A stretch of DNA of 64,000 nucleotides from Perkinsus olseni (taxonomy: Eukaryota). The stretch covers positions 1 to 64,000 of the forward strand of contig JABANN010000041.1 of assembly GCA_013115125.1 (NCBI GenBank), in the 5' to 3' direction. The notes beneath the pieces are model-generated. The model did not search any database. It worked only from the letters and a program-made list of their open reading frames with translations, and was not told where the DNA came from. This document shows positions 12,396-25,300 of the stretch, one piece after another. Position 1 is the stretch's first letter; each line of letters starts with the position of its first letter. The translations under genes and the position numbers were made by a program.

Positions 12396-13601
12396 ATGGC
12401 TTTCGGCACTGCGAGTCGATCACGGGCTGCTGATGGACTCCCGTCTGTCAATATAAGTGAAGGGACCCGTATGGGGTATATGGAAGAGGACTTCCTTCAT
12501 GGAGATGCCCGCGCTACGCTATCGATGGCCCAGTCAGTGCAGCCTGCTACCTCGCTCTTCCCTTCCATGGGACCTGCTGCTGGGCAGTACGCGACGAGCA
12601 ATGCTCACGTGCGTGCCTTATCTGTTACTGGCATGGAACCCAGTGGCCACTACCATCAAGGAGGTGCGCATATGAGTGACCTTGGTAGCGGCCATGAGCT
12701 CGCTATGAAACTGCTGGCGACTGGGGGCTCCCAGGGCGGCGCGGGAGCCTCTGTCCACGGCTTGGACACCGCATTATGCTCTATGAACAATATTCACCTA
12801 CCTGGGGCTCACGGTTATTCACTTCCCCAGGCTGCAGCTGGTGGCGTAAGGGTTGCTTACCCCCCTCTTCACATCGGGGGACCAACTCACGTAGGGTATG
12901 GTTCGAGGTCGGATGCTCTCCCTGGTGGTGGATTGCTAGACCCCTTCCATGGACTCGCTGACGTGCACACGCCCTTTGCTGGGGATCCTTCCCGAAGGCT
13001 ACCGCAGCACCAGCAGCTGCTCTCTGCCTCAGGGTCTCTGCCAATGATAGAAAGGCATGCTACTCTATCTAATCGGCCTATCAGAGTCATACGACGAGTC
13101 AACGGTTGGGTTACGAGCCTGCGAGCAGGACGGACACAGGTTACTGGTCCTTACCGGGCGAGCTTGGCCGAGTGCCTGATGGACCAAGAGCAGATCTACA
13201 GGGTGCAGGCCGAGAGAGGGCTCTCGAATGCACAGCTCTTGGACGTCCTCGAGGCGATGAAGCGTGCTGCGGAGAGCAACGGGGCGGCCACAGTTGGGGC
13301 TCGAAAACATCAGAAATCGGACTACTCGGCGCCTGTCGGAGTGAGGCGTATGAACAAAGGGTTCCGAGCGAGTGTCAGAGTGAATGGTCGTGAGGTGTAT
13401 GGTCCACTACGGACTGACGTCGACGTGGCGGGTAAGGACAGGGCCGAGATGCTAAGACTGAGGCACGTGTTCGACGTCCCTAGGATGAGGGAATTCGTCA
13501 AGTCGTTAGCAAATAGACCTGACAAAGCGCAGGCCCCTATCCACGCGACGACTGAAGGCACTTCGGCGGGGCGACGTAATCCAGCCCTTTTGCTACTGTG
13601 A
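12396..13601 (+). CDS. Intronless protein with two tandem AP2/integrase-like DNA-binding repeats (putative transcription factor)
   Basis: Low-complexity G/H/P N-terminus; repeats IRRVNGWVTSLRAGRTQVTGPYRASLAECLMDQEQI and GVRRMNKGFRASVRVNGREVYGPLRTDVDVAGKDRAEM. Confidence 0.6.
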   Translation: MAFGTASRSRAADGLPSVNISEGTRMGYMEEDFLHGDARATLSMAQSVQPATSLFPSMGPAAGQYATSNAHVRALSVTGMEPSGHYHQGGAHMSDLGSGHELAMKLLATGGSQGGAGASVHGLDTALCSMNNIHLPGAHGYSLPQAAAGGVRVAYPPLHIGGPTHVGYGSRSDALPGGGLLDPFHGLADVHTPFAGDPSRRLPQHQQLLSASGSLPMIERHATLSNRPIRVIRRVNGWVTSLRAGRTQVTGPYRASLAECLMDQEQIYRVQAERGLSNAQLLDVLEAMKRAAESNGAATVGARKHQKSDYSAPVGVRRMNKGFRASVRVNGREVYGPLRTDVDVAGKDRAEMLRLRHVFDVPRMREFVKSLANRPDKAQAPIHATTEGTSAGRRNPALLLL

Positions 13602-13887
13602 GACAACTTAGTCCTCTTGGGGTCTTTGAAGTCCACAGGAACTCATTGCCACAGGGCCTTCGAGCGCCTTGTAATATTGTGTATCGTCTAACTTCACGGC
13701 AAACTCTGTTATCAGCGGTCATGCCGCTAATATTACCTTATTTCAAATAAGTTATTTGTTGACGTGTATGCCCACACCCTTCGGAACCACTTTTCTTCAC
13801 TTTCAAGCGTTTTTGAGTTTTCACGAGTCACGGTTTAGACTGATTGGCTGAGCTACTCGTAGTGCAGGTAGGGTCAATTGCGAAAGC

Positions 13888-15029
13888 ATGAATGTGCAGG
13901 GGTCGCGGCTCAGCACAACTGACGGCCCGTCCGCCAAAAGGGGCCCCTCGGAAGTAAGGTTCAGTGAATCAGGACACCCCGCTCCACGGTATTTCAGCTG
14001 AACGTCGATCGATCCCGGTCCGATAAGTCCGCGTTGGAGAAAAGGCTCTCTTTGGTGCCACTCTCGAGGGTGATCTGTTGTGACCCCCGTGGTCTCAGCG
14101 ACGAGTGTAGCATATCGCACTCGAGTTCGAAAGAGTGGCTCTACTCAATCAATAAGGTAGAGATGTTGCCGCTGTCCTCACACAGATCCGCCATAACTCA
14201 GTCTCTGGCGCCGAAACCCCTGTCTGCTCGGGAGTACGGTCAATTCCAACGCCATAAGGTCTCAACGGGGATGCTTACCCTTGATGAACTACTGCAAGGA
14301 GGATTGCCAGTCGGGCAGCTTGTGGAGGTCTACGGTCCTGCAGGTGAACTACTTTCTTTGCTGTGAGCAATAAGAGTATCTTCAGGTTCCGGCAAGACTC
14401 AACTCCTAATGACCATTGCTGTGCGAGTGCTGGCCGATGAAGGTCGCGTTTTCTGGTTTGACACCGAGAGAACTCTTCACCCCGATCGATTCAAGTCTCT
14501 GTGTGAACGTTGGTCGCATCACGCCTCCTTCGAGACCATGCTGTCGAGCATGGCAATCAAAGAGTGTGATGATCTGCTAGATTTGGCACGGGGCGTGGAG
14601 GCTCTGAAGGCCCTCCCTATTTGCGGAGGTCACTGCCTTATTGTCATCGATAGTGTTGCCGCGGCCGCTCGTTGCAGCGAAGATGTGATCCTTTCTCGGT
14701 TGGAGGCTGACGGATCCAATGCGCGTGAATCCGAAGCTACCGTCCTCGCTGAGCGTCAAGGGCTACTCAATAGAGTGGCAGTCGCCCTCAAAGGCGCTGC
14801 TTGGCCCCAGCGTGCTGCTGTAATCGTCAGTAATCACGTGACTGCTGATTTCGATGCAGATCAAAATGATGCCTTCAAACCAGCTCTCGGTCTCACTTGG
14901 GCTCATGCGGTAAATGCTCAGCTCATGATAACGCGGACCGAGAGCCCCCTCGAAAGGCAGATCGTATTGACAAAATCCTCAGAGCAGTATGCTCCGTCTC
15001 ACAGCGTGCGTATCAACTCCGTTTCTTAG
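13888..15029 (+). CDS. RAD51 paralog (most like RAD51B/XRCC3 class)
   Basis: STGMLTLDELLQGGLPVGQLVEVYGPAG/SGKTQL (Walker A split by intron ~14344-14385), FDTE, LIVIDSVA (Walker B), VSNHVT, KPALGLTWAHAVN. Confidence 0.9.
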
Positions 15030-15117
15030 TAGTTGTGATTGTGTTATACAAGTAACTCAAAAGTCTTTGTTGCAGCACAACAAATGGACAACTGCGACAA
15101 GTAGGCTGCAGTGATCG

Positions 15118-16551
15118 TCAGAACTTGCATAAGCGGCATCGATAGCTGCTACTGCTGTTGATAGCCTTCAGCCGTGACATCAGCGGCTGGTGTGAATGGC
15201 GAGAACGAAACCGAGGGGCCGTCCGCGTGCTCGGTACCCGTACCAAACTGAAAGAACGATCAAGTAAGGACCAGTGAATAGGACTTTCTCTACCCCCCAG
15301 CTGGTCCTTCGCAGGAAAGTCGCTGTGAGCTCCTGGTGACGTTCGCTCTGAACAACCGCTCCATTGACCTGCGAAACAACATCGGTCGGGCAGTAGAGCC
15401 TGACCAGCCTCACCTTGAAATAGTATAGCAAAGTGATGACGCCTGTCGCCATCATATAAATCCCAGAAATGACACAAAAGAACGCCCAGAAGCTGAGAAT
15501 AAGCGACTGTTAACGGCATTCAGACGCGACGGGCCATACGCTGAATTGACCCTTATCGAGGTGTCATCGCCGATCTCGGCCAGTAGCCGGCTAGACGGCC
15601 CAGCCTTGTGAGTAGTGGTTGACACATAAGTGTAGTTGCCGCTGCAAATCATACCGAATATCTGCCAAATCACGATTTAGGGCTTCCCAAAATAGCCTAC
15701 TTACAATGTAGACGAGAGCGCGGCCTAGCAGAGACGTCATGAAAGGTGCCACGGCTCGGAGTCTTTTGTGCGCTGGTGAATCACGAGGGCTGCAAATCAT
15801 ACGATTACATTACTGCCATCCACTGGTGGACTGCTCACCAGAGCTCGGCGACGATACCAGATGCTCCAAGAGCAGCACAGACGCAGGTCTCAGCCATGTT
15901 ACGCATCATCCTCCACACAGAGTACTGTGGACAGAAGATGTATCTGACGATATCATGAGGGTTTCTCCGTGGCGAGGCGAAGGGCAATACAAGGGCAGCC
16001 AAGCGAGCATGCTCATCATGCTTCACTACCCGATGAGAGAAGTACGAAGCACACATGCGAGCACACAAGTGACCTCGCCCATTCCCAATAGTACGATAGT
16101 GAATGTGCGCAGAGCATGATGCAAGCCCCACAGCCTGTCAGAGGCAGCAGACTCTCGAAGACCTGTACGGTCCGGAGTGTTGAGAACGGCAATAGTAGCC
16201 AGTCCATCTCGATAACGCAGGCAGCCTAACGCTGACCTTGTTAAAGTGAATCAGGGGACCGAGAAGAACTGAAACAGGCAGATGCGACCTGCTGCGTATC
16301 TAATACAGTCCAACCTAGGATACAGTTCGCACTAGCAAGGCGCCTAGTCTATAGAACCAGCTTGCAACGATAAGCCACCGCCTTGACAACTCAACGCCCT
16401 CCTCATCACCATCAAACCCCACACAGTAAAAAATCGCTCCAACCTCACGAAAGTAATTATGGAAAATTACTACAACGAGAGCGAGGCTTCGGATTATATA
16501 AACAGACGAGATCACGGTTGCCTCCAACCATTGGGGAGGCATCCACATCAT
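15118..16551 (-). CDS. Multi-exon polytopic membrane protein of unknown function
   Basis: Several hydrophobic minus-strand segments (SVYIIRSLALVVVIF, LLGRALVYIV, LLGVLLCHFWDLYMMATGVITLLYYF) linked by GT-AG introns. Confidence 0.5.
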
Positions 16552-16654
16552 AGGGTACAGGAACTAGATAAATACAACGACAACCCCGTCAACGGCTGCA
16601 GCACTGTGAAAAACGCCTTTTAACAGCACGAGGGTATCGAAGACGGGGATGTCA

Positions 16655-16674
16655 ATGATGATGATGATGATGAT
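16655..16674. repeat. (ATG)6 microsatellite
   Basis: atgatgatgatgatgatgat. Confidence 0.9.
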
Positions 16675-17229
16675 CTCAGTAACGAGAAGTAATAGAAATT
16701 TCGAGAAGTCCTTTATTCAGGACGACCAGAATATTATCATAGCACACATTCCAAAGAGCCATGGTGATCAACTACACCGGAGGCGGCAAACTTGTGCTAA
16801 TAAAATACTACCAGAGAGATGATGAAGTACTACCAGTACCAGAGAGCTGCTGAAAGGCGAGCGAAAGGCTACATACAGTCTTTAATTTTACAATGAAAAC
16901 GCCAACATCGCTAGCACTACGATGAATACCAACGAGGGAAGCATGATCCGGTAGGCTGACGACTCGCGGCTGCTGGAGACAATAAACTGATAAGCAAGGC
17001 TATGCAAATTTCTTCATACCTGTTGGGTAGAGAAGAGGTCAGACGCAACAGTAGCCGGCTTGGCAGCAGACTCGACGACAAACAGGGTTTTTAACCACTG
17101 TCTCTGCAGCCGCTCACATCATCATCATCGCCATCGGATAGTACAGCGAAGAGAGGAGAGTAACTCATAGAAAATGAATATAACCGGGTGTGGTAGCACT
17201 AGGTGTTGATAATAAGGTTATACACCATA

Positions 17230-18222
17230 TTAGAAAATAGATAGACGATTGTCTAAAGTTTGCTGTGGGTACCCGTACTCAGGGAAATCGAAGCTGGCAG
17301 TAGTACCATAGCCGGGCAGCGAGAACATGTCAACACCACCGTCCCAAACACCAAACGGGTCACCACTTTCGATGCAGTTGACCGACGACAATGGTTGCAG
17401 GTCTTTCTTAGAATGCTCACCCGGTGTAGTAAGCACAGTCGTGGGCTCGGCACCTAGTCCTGGTGGAGGTAGTAAGAGCTTGTGCTTGTGCTCGAACTCT
17501 TGCACATCGCAAGTGTGACCACAGATGACATGCTTCGGCTGAGCCAATATTCTCCTTACGACCGCGGGGTCTTCCATCACAACGAAACCAACACTTGGCG
17601 GACGCACACGAACGGCCGAGTTGCTGCCTTCACCGTCCGACACAGAGGACGCCTTAGCTTGACGGTGCAGTATGAGCAGGTTAGAGACTTCTCCCCACAT
17701 TGAGAAGTATTCCCTTAGCTTAAGAGCGGAGTCAAAACCAAGCTTCTGGATCCTCCTCACAGTGAAGACACGATCCTCTTCGACACCGCTGAGGGCGTGA
17801 AGCACATGCCATAGGGGAACACCGTGAGTGGGGAAGGGCTTGTCAACATCAGCAATGGTCGATAGGGCGTCAAGGGCCGCCTTTTGATCTTCAGGGCGCA
17901 TACCATTAGTATCGATCTCATTGTTAATGTTAATGTCCTTGACCGAGGGCGTCTTAACGGAAGAAGACTGCAGCTGCCCCTCTACAAGGGAGGCCGAGAG
18001 CTGGAGATTGTCCGAGAGGGACCTGACCTGCTCGGTCAGCTTCTCTGAGCGCTCCTTCTCATACTTCAACTCATCTTCTAAACGGTGAATGGTTGACCAC
18101 AGCTTTAAAAGGACATTGTCGCTTTGGACTGAGTCAGCAGATCCATTCGAAGGCTGCGATGATGACGAAGAGGGCTGGCTGCTGTTGTACTGCTGGTAAA
18201 GGTCGTAGTCATAAATAGCCAT
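17230..18222 (-). CDS. Intronless protein with a coiled coil and a divergent RRM
   Basis: RVFTVRRIQKLGFDSALKLREYFSMWGEV...GFVVM..PAVVRRIL..HVICGHTCDVQEF fits the RRM beta-alpha pattern; likely ATG at 18222. Confidence 0.75.
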   Translation of the reverse strand: MAIYDYDLYQQYNSSQPSSSSSQPSNGSADSVQSDNVLLKLWSTIHRLEDELKYEKERSEKLTEQVRSLSDNLQLSASLVEGQLQSSSVKTPSVKDININNEIDTNGMRPEDQKAALDALSTIADVDKPFPTHGVPLWHVLHALSGVEEDRVFTVRRIQKLGFDSALKLREYFSMWGEVSNLLILHRQAKASSVSDGEGSNSAVRVRPPSVGFVVMEDPAVVRRILAQPKHVICGHTCDVQEFEHKHKLLLPPPGLGAEPTTVLTTPGEHSKKDLQPLSSVNCIESGDPFGVWDGGVDMFSLPGYGTTASFDFPEYGYPQQTLDNRLSIF

Positions 18223-19000
18223 AATGTTGGAATCAATGTAGACGGAAAAAGCAAACTGAAATGTGTCGTTGGGAAAGGTCAGGCTAGCAAGGACGCCGAG
18301 CACAAGAAAATAACGGAAAAATGCCGGGAGTGGGATTCGAACCGGGGCATTCGGCAAAACTGGTCTGACATCGTTGCTTGAACGCCAGTGCGTCGGATAT
18401 CGAGACGTGAAACAAAGGAACGCTTGAGTTACAACCACAGCCGGCCCATAGACAGTTGACTAGAATCGAGCGTAGTATTCCTGTGGTGGTATATCGCTAC
18501 AGTACCGGGTGCCCGCCCGACTGTTAAACGCGACGCCCGGGGTGCGAAAGAAAAAATGTACATCTCAAAGAGCTCAGAGCAGTCACGAAAGTAATACTAT
18601 TGACCGCCCTCATCATCGTTATCATCACGATCATGGCTAACATGATCTCCGGAAGAATAACCCATGAGTTGGGGAGCTCGGACATGGCCTCCAGGCCCTG
18701 CAGTGCTCCTGGACTCCAGGACCTGGGGTTGTTGTAAGTGACTTAGTAGCTGCTACCAATGGCCCTCTGCCCTTGGAGACGGATCAGAGGACGTAGATGC
18801 GGCGGCCCGCCGCCTGCGGGCACAAAAGCGGAGCGAAGCGGAGCAGAGAACTGAAGAAGCGGCCGTAGTAGCGCAAGAAGCTATCACCAGATCAACACAG
18901 CACGAGTTGAAATAAAGTCTTAGTCAACTAAGAGAGTACGTAGTAGCAAAGTCTGCCCAGAAAAAAAGCCTTCTGGCCGGAAGATGGGCACCAAGTTGGT

Positions 19001-22000
19001 TCATAGATGTGGGCCACGTCGACGGTAAGGAACACCGTTCTCATCGACTAAGCTCCGCATGTTTCTCGCCGAGGTGTAGATGATCCAATCGAACTCCAAA
19101 TCACGCTCGGCCATGATCGCCTTCTGCGTATCCTGGTACTGGGTCACAGCGAGGTCAGCCTGAAAGACAAACGTAGGTTTATAACACTCCTAAGGAGAAC
19201 ACATTCTTGTCCTAAGAGTGACAGACCCCGCAGCCTGAGAATTTGGGCCACGTCAAAGGCGCCAGCGCAAAGCCACGAAGTGCTACATTCTTGAATAGCT
19301 GCTTAACCATCTCGTCGCTCATACGCGGCATCGTCTGACCCGTTCTCGGCCTCGGCGGTCTAGAACCCTCGCCCGATGCCGAGCTCGAAGCTCCTCCTGC
19401 ATTGCTTTTCTCTGCGGGTTGAGATGCCAATCGCGCTGGCCGCCCCGGTGGTACAGTCCGCCTTGCGGGAGCACGTGAAGATACTACTGGCGGCTGTTCA
19501 ACTCTCGAGGATGACGAAACCCTCACCTCAGCGTCGACCCTTGGCGGCACCAATCTCCGTTCATTCTGGACCTTCGGAGGCAGGACCTTAATTCGCCGTA
19601 AGCCTCCGTTTACTCCCGCCTTAGGGACGTGAGGCTCCGTAATGTTCCATGCTGTATCCATGTGGACCTTCTGCTCAGAGCTCTTCCATCCTAGACTGGC
19701 GAGCCGTGCCAAGCCTTGTCTATAGACCGCACCCGAGCTACCACTTAATACGGTACGCTTGATCATCTCCAGCTCTACTTGAGCGGACGCAACTTGCCGT
19801 TGTGACTGCGGTGACGGCGACGCAGCCGCAACAGGCCTGCCTGGTGGACCTCCCGGTGGGGTCCTCCTACTCGGCGCCTCTCGTGCCGGAGGCGAACCTT
19901 CCCTCGCCGCCGGCTGGAATGGTCTGGCTGGTGGCGAAGACTCCGCTGGTATGATGGCCCGTGAAGACGACGAAGATCCCGCGCCACAGAGGAGGGCTTC
20001 AGAATCCTTGATCTCGGCCTCCGAAATGCAAGACTCGAAGTCCGAATCAGCAGTCGAATCGTTCCTCGGCCTCGACGCGGACGGTGCTACAACCGCCACC
20101 GAGGGCCCCGACGCTGACACCGCGCGAGTCGACTCCTTAAAGACCGGCGGTTCGCTCGCCGCGCTGACGAACGGCACATCCTCACTATCGGCAGCGCTAA
20201 CCTCCTGAGCTTTCTCAGCTGCAGGAGGAAGCTCAATCTCATCCACCGGGTAGATAGGCGAATCAGGCGCAACCTCATTAGCTCCAATTGTTCCCGCGAC
20301 TTCCGCGCAATCGTCAGGAGATTCAGTAGAAGCCCTAGCAGGAGTAGCCGTATCCTCTGTACTGGGCGTGTCCGTGGTCTGAATACCGACTACTTCGGGA
20401 GCCGAAGGGTTCTCCACAGCTCCATTCGTCGCGTCAGGAGGCAAGGCCCGGGCCTCAACCGTCGACTTAGTAGCTTCTACCGACTTGTCCGATGCACGTT
20501 CTGCATCGTTGCCCGGCGGTGGCGAGCTCGGTGCTGCAGAGATCCCCGCGTTGGCACGGGGCATTTCTACAGCAACCGGCCCGGAGACCGCGGGCGCTCT
20601 GTTGGTGGTCGACGTAGTAGTGGTGGTGTCCTTAGCGGTAGTAGCAGTGGTGGTGGCGGAGCTAGCTGGAACATCAACGGGTTCATCGTTCTTCCAAGGG
20701 TTGGTAGGCGCTGGTGCAATATCATCGATGTTAGAGAAGTCGATCAAGGACGTGCCAACACCACGATCGTCACCCTCCCCGGCCGGTAAAGCTTGTGTGA
20801 GGAGTCGGCACTTCTTCAAGTCGGGCTCCATGCGGCGAGCAATGTTCGCTGGCGATGGGTCCACCAGCCAGAGCTCCTTCTCGCGACCGGTCACTCGAGG
20901 CCTAGCGGGAGTCGGCGACGATGCCAAGCTTATCATATCCCGGACTGCAGCCCGCAGTTGAGCTTGTACCGCCCTAACCTGCACAGTCCACCAGGATCAC
21001 TTGAAGAGACGAGGATAGAAGCGGCTGACCTCCTGTAGCAGTTCGACATTCTCAGCTTCCAAGTCCTCCTCGTCAGTCACGGACTTCACGACGACAGACG
21101 CATCGGCTCGTCGCTTCGTCGAGTCCCGCCCCCGCAGCAGCACGGACTAACAGAGCAAGATGTGACAAAAGCAGGCGGTTTTCAACTCTTACAGCTGCCA
21201 TGAGGTCTCGGACCTTCGCCACCCTCGCCAACATCTCCCCCGTGATAGGGCCCATCGGATGGACTACCCGCCAAGCGTCTCCAGCCAGGCGGAGGTGTGT
21301 GACTCTCCAGGCTCCGTCAACCTGAACATGAAGAGAGCAGATTGTTCAACCACATGGCAAGCATGATATGATCAACTGTTGAGCGAGGCAAAAGACAAAG
21401 TTGAACCCCATCACCCACCTTGGCAGCCAAACCATGACGAAATGGCAAGAAGGCCATCAGCATGACCATCGCCACTCGATTACGGCACCGGCAGGGCAGG
21501 ACTGTGACGCCGTCAGCCCGAGCATCGTTGATCCTTCTGTTGTCCCCATGACTAGAAGACGCTTGTATCTTCCCCACTATGCCCCAGTACAGCTCAGGAC
21601 CCTCAACGATATCCCTCGGTCGGCGGTCGACAGGGCCCGTCCCAGACGATGGCGACGACACATTTGGCTTACTGCCCAGCCATCCTGGGGGATTCCTCGG
21701 TGACACTTGAACATGGAATTGCGAATTTATCCTCGAAGCCGATATCATGTCCGGGGTGTCCGAATAATATTTGCGCCATCGGATCACGTTCGGTATCAGC
21801 GGCCGCTTCAACTTGACCCAGTCTGCCCACGTTGCTCGATCAGGTTTCACCGTACACTGGTATCGCCCATCATAAAAAGCTTGCAGCAACCTCACCGTCA
21901 CCGGCGCGATGAACTGGAACTCCGAGTCCCGGACCATGACGTTCTTGTCGACCGACCGGTTATCCTCGGCAGGCTGGAACTCGAAGCTGTGGTCACTGGC

Positions 22001-22260
22001 ATTATAGTCGGCGTTCCCACCAGCGGGAGCCTTACCAGTCAGCTTCAGCACCAGCTGGTGCATCGGCGTGTTCTGAGAAAGAACTTCACTGAGACGAAGC
22101 CTTTGAGGAGTCGCAGACTTACCTGCCGAGAGGTGGCGTAGGCGTCCTCCTGCCTCATCACCAGCTGCTGAGGTAGCCTCTCGAACTTCACCAAGTCGCC
22201 GCATTCTTCAACCTTGGGGTCCTGAGTAAACCAAAGAAGATAGCCCGGTCTTCTCTCGTT
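19001..22260 (-). CDS. Multi-exon coding region, probably the long C-terminal extension of the DExH helicase (may be a separate gene); large Ser/Ala/Pro/Thr-rich exon
   Basis: ORFs 21317-22204 and 19212-20984 plus small GT-AG flanked exons, same strand and contiguous with the helicase exons. Confidence 0.55.
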
Positions 22261-22337
22261 CATCTGGCACGTGGTTCAACATAGTCAGAGTTCCAAGTTC
22301 CGCTTAGCAGAACTTAGCTTAGCACCAGCAGAATCTG

Positions 22338-25300
22338 CTACCCGCGCCAACTACCGAGCAGCGGACGATTAACTCCAGCCTTACCAGATGCTGGGAGTAT
22401 TCCCCCGTTATGACCCTGCTGTTGCAGCCCATACACAGTAAAGACTTGGCCTCGTCTACTTCTCTCGCCAACATCTCTGCAATACAATGATTGATGTAAA
22501 ATGATCAGCCTGGGAGTTGTCGACCTACGCTGGAATGTGGCCGTGTCAAGAACGGTGAGATTCCCTCGAAGATGGCCATCGAGTTTTTCCAGTGAAGCAA
22601 GAGTCACCTTATCACCGATGTCATCGCACAGCCAGCTGCAGAAGTCCTGCAGGTAAAGAAAACAAGCGGTTCACGCGAGACGCGCGGTGAACCCCCCTAT
22701 GTGCCAGGGTGGAGATATAACAGCCGAATATCCCAGAAGTTGTAGCACTAGTCCAAGTTCATACAGCGTTAACGTCATCGCGATTCGGAGATATTACATG
22801 GCATATCTTGCTCGCGGAGTTGACCAAGCCGTTAAATGCCTGGAGATTAACCGCCGCCGGATACCATGATTGCTCACGCAGCTTATTGTTGAAGAACCGC
22901 TCAGCCGTCGATCCTCCGCATCCAGCCTCCAACCCAGCTGCAATGCCCACCTGCAAAAAGAGATTGGGAAAATGAAACCCATGCACAATCGACGCTGGCG
23001 GACAGACGACTCACCTCGATGTATCGCACTAACAGCCGCCTCAGCATTATAGGCTCGCTGAAGGCACCATCGTCGAAGCTGATGCGCCACCAAAAAGAGC
23101 TCTCCATGTCACCGCGATAACGGTCTTCATATCCCGGCTGGTATCTAAAGCGAGCGCCTCTCCTGGGAATCGAACCGGAGACCTCTCACCGTGAGGCGAA
23201 CCGGAAGACGTCGCCGTCCTGGACCGAAGCTGCCGCCAGAAGGATCCCCTCCCCCGGGATGCCCATCAGCCATGAATAATAAACAATCCGCGTCACATGC
23301 GCATCAATATGCAACCTGAGAAAGGTGAAGGGTGGTCATCGAATTGATAGACACCACAGAGTAGCTTACCTCGTAGCCAGTGTTCCCAGCAGACTCAATG
23401 GACTCAACTCATCAGGCTTCTCCAGTAAGATGCCAGCATGGAATAGATCCACCACTGCTGCCTGAATCCCACGCCTCAAATCCCCTACAGGCTCGAGCGC
23501 CATCTTACTCTGACATTCTCCTGCCTCGGTGGCGTTATCAAAGCCTGCAGCAGCTCCGAGGGTTTGCATGACCCTGCAGCTGTTTTGTTCTTCTCTTGAA
23601 CATCAAGCATCTGCTGATGCTTTGAATCGAAAAGATACGACGGTAACGCGGCCTCCTTGCAGAACTCAGTAACGTACCTGCCATGGAACCCCGTCTTCTG
23701 AGCACGACCACGCTACGCTATTCCAGTGCAAAGCCCCCTCACGCATGGACGCCCCTCTTACTTAGCCTGCAGGAACAGCGTTGTGAGGTCCGTGAAGAGA
23801 ATTTCCGGTCTATCATACTCGTCCATGTACTCGTCATGGAACTCTTTGGTGAACAGCCGGATCGCCGTACCAGCACAGACTCGTCCAGTGCGGCCGGCTC
23901 TGAGGGGTCGCGAGTTTCGAAATAACGTTGTCATCTGCTCCTCTTCCTTACCTCTGCCTCACACTAGCCTTGGAACACCAAGTGTGAGTGAGCTTATAGA
24001 CCTGCCTCTCATGGTCAAAACTGATGGAAAAATCGTAAAGCACGGCCAAACTTCGTCGTCCCACATGTTCTCCCGTCTCAAGCCTGTATCAATAACCAAA
24101 TCCACATTGAGCACCGTCAAACTCGACTCGGCTATATTCGTAGCGAGAACCTGAGAATTACGCAGTTACGGGAGCACTTCCCGCCACAGAGCCTCAATGG
24201 CACCCAAAAAGCCCCACATGCCGCCACTCTCGGTAAATCAATGCGGGCTCCACCGACCACGGAGAAGAGAACACTACCCAGTGGAACCGAGGCTTACAAT
24301 CTTGCGTTCGTCATGCATGGGCTGCTTCGTCGCTAGGTCCTGCTCATCCTTAGTGAGCTTCGAATGCAGAGGGAAAACTCTGCAACACCAGGAATTGGTC
24401 CGCAATCACGAGCTAACAATGCCTACCTGATATATACCGTACCGAAGGGCAATCTCAGGCACTCCAACGTCTCATCGTAGTTCACAAATGTGTTCTGGGA
24501 CTCTGGAGTGGCGCCCTGAAGACAGAATTCATTCTTCAAAACACGTGACGCGGAACCCGACCTTGCAAGCCTTCTCCAGATCCTCCATGATAGAGTCGAT
24601 CTCCCCTTTACCCGGCACGAACACCAGCGTGGTGCTGCCCCGCTTGGCCCTGGTTAGCAGCATTTGGACGAGGAGGTCCTGGGTCGGCTTGTACCTGATC
24701 AGGGATCGCCATGTGAACGCCGGAGCACGACCCAGCAGCATTCAGGGAACGTGAGACCGGCAGCAGAGTGCTCACTGCCCTGGCTGGCTGGAATGTGGCA
24801 CGGACAGATCAATCAGAGCCGAGGTCGAAGCCACTGGCTGGGGCCCAAGAGGAGGATGCCCTCCATCTCCTCCAAGGATTGTCAGATGAAACTATTCGGA
24901 CTTTCACCAGTTCGACCGGACATGAGCTCGGTCGTGAGGTACCGAGAATTTGCGCTGGCCGAGCACGAGCCCATCATCGCTGAACCCGAGCTGCTTCTTA
25001 CAGCTCTGCTCTCCGATTGATATCGTCATCCCATGGCGGCTGCTCGGGGTTCACTCCCCCGGTTGCAAAACCATATTCATCCCTCCCGCTTTGACTGAAG
25101 AAAAGACACAGCTCACAAAATGCCACTCCTCCGTAACTGTGCTGTCTCGAACAAGTAACCAGCCGGAGCGGGAGCAAAACCACTCCTACACGGTGGCGAT
25201 CTTGCAAGGGCACCCAGGAAAGAGAACTTGCTATAATCATCATCCGACCAGAACCTCACATTTTCTGCGTCAATTTATCAAACTCTTCTTTTGCCTTCTT

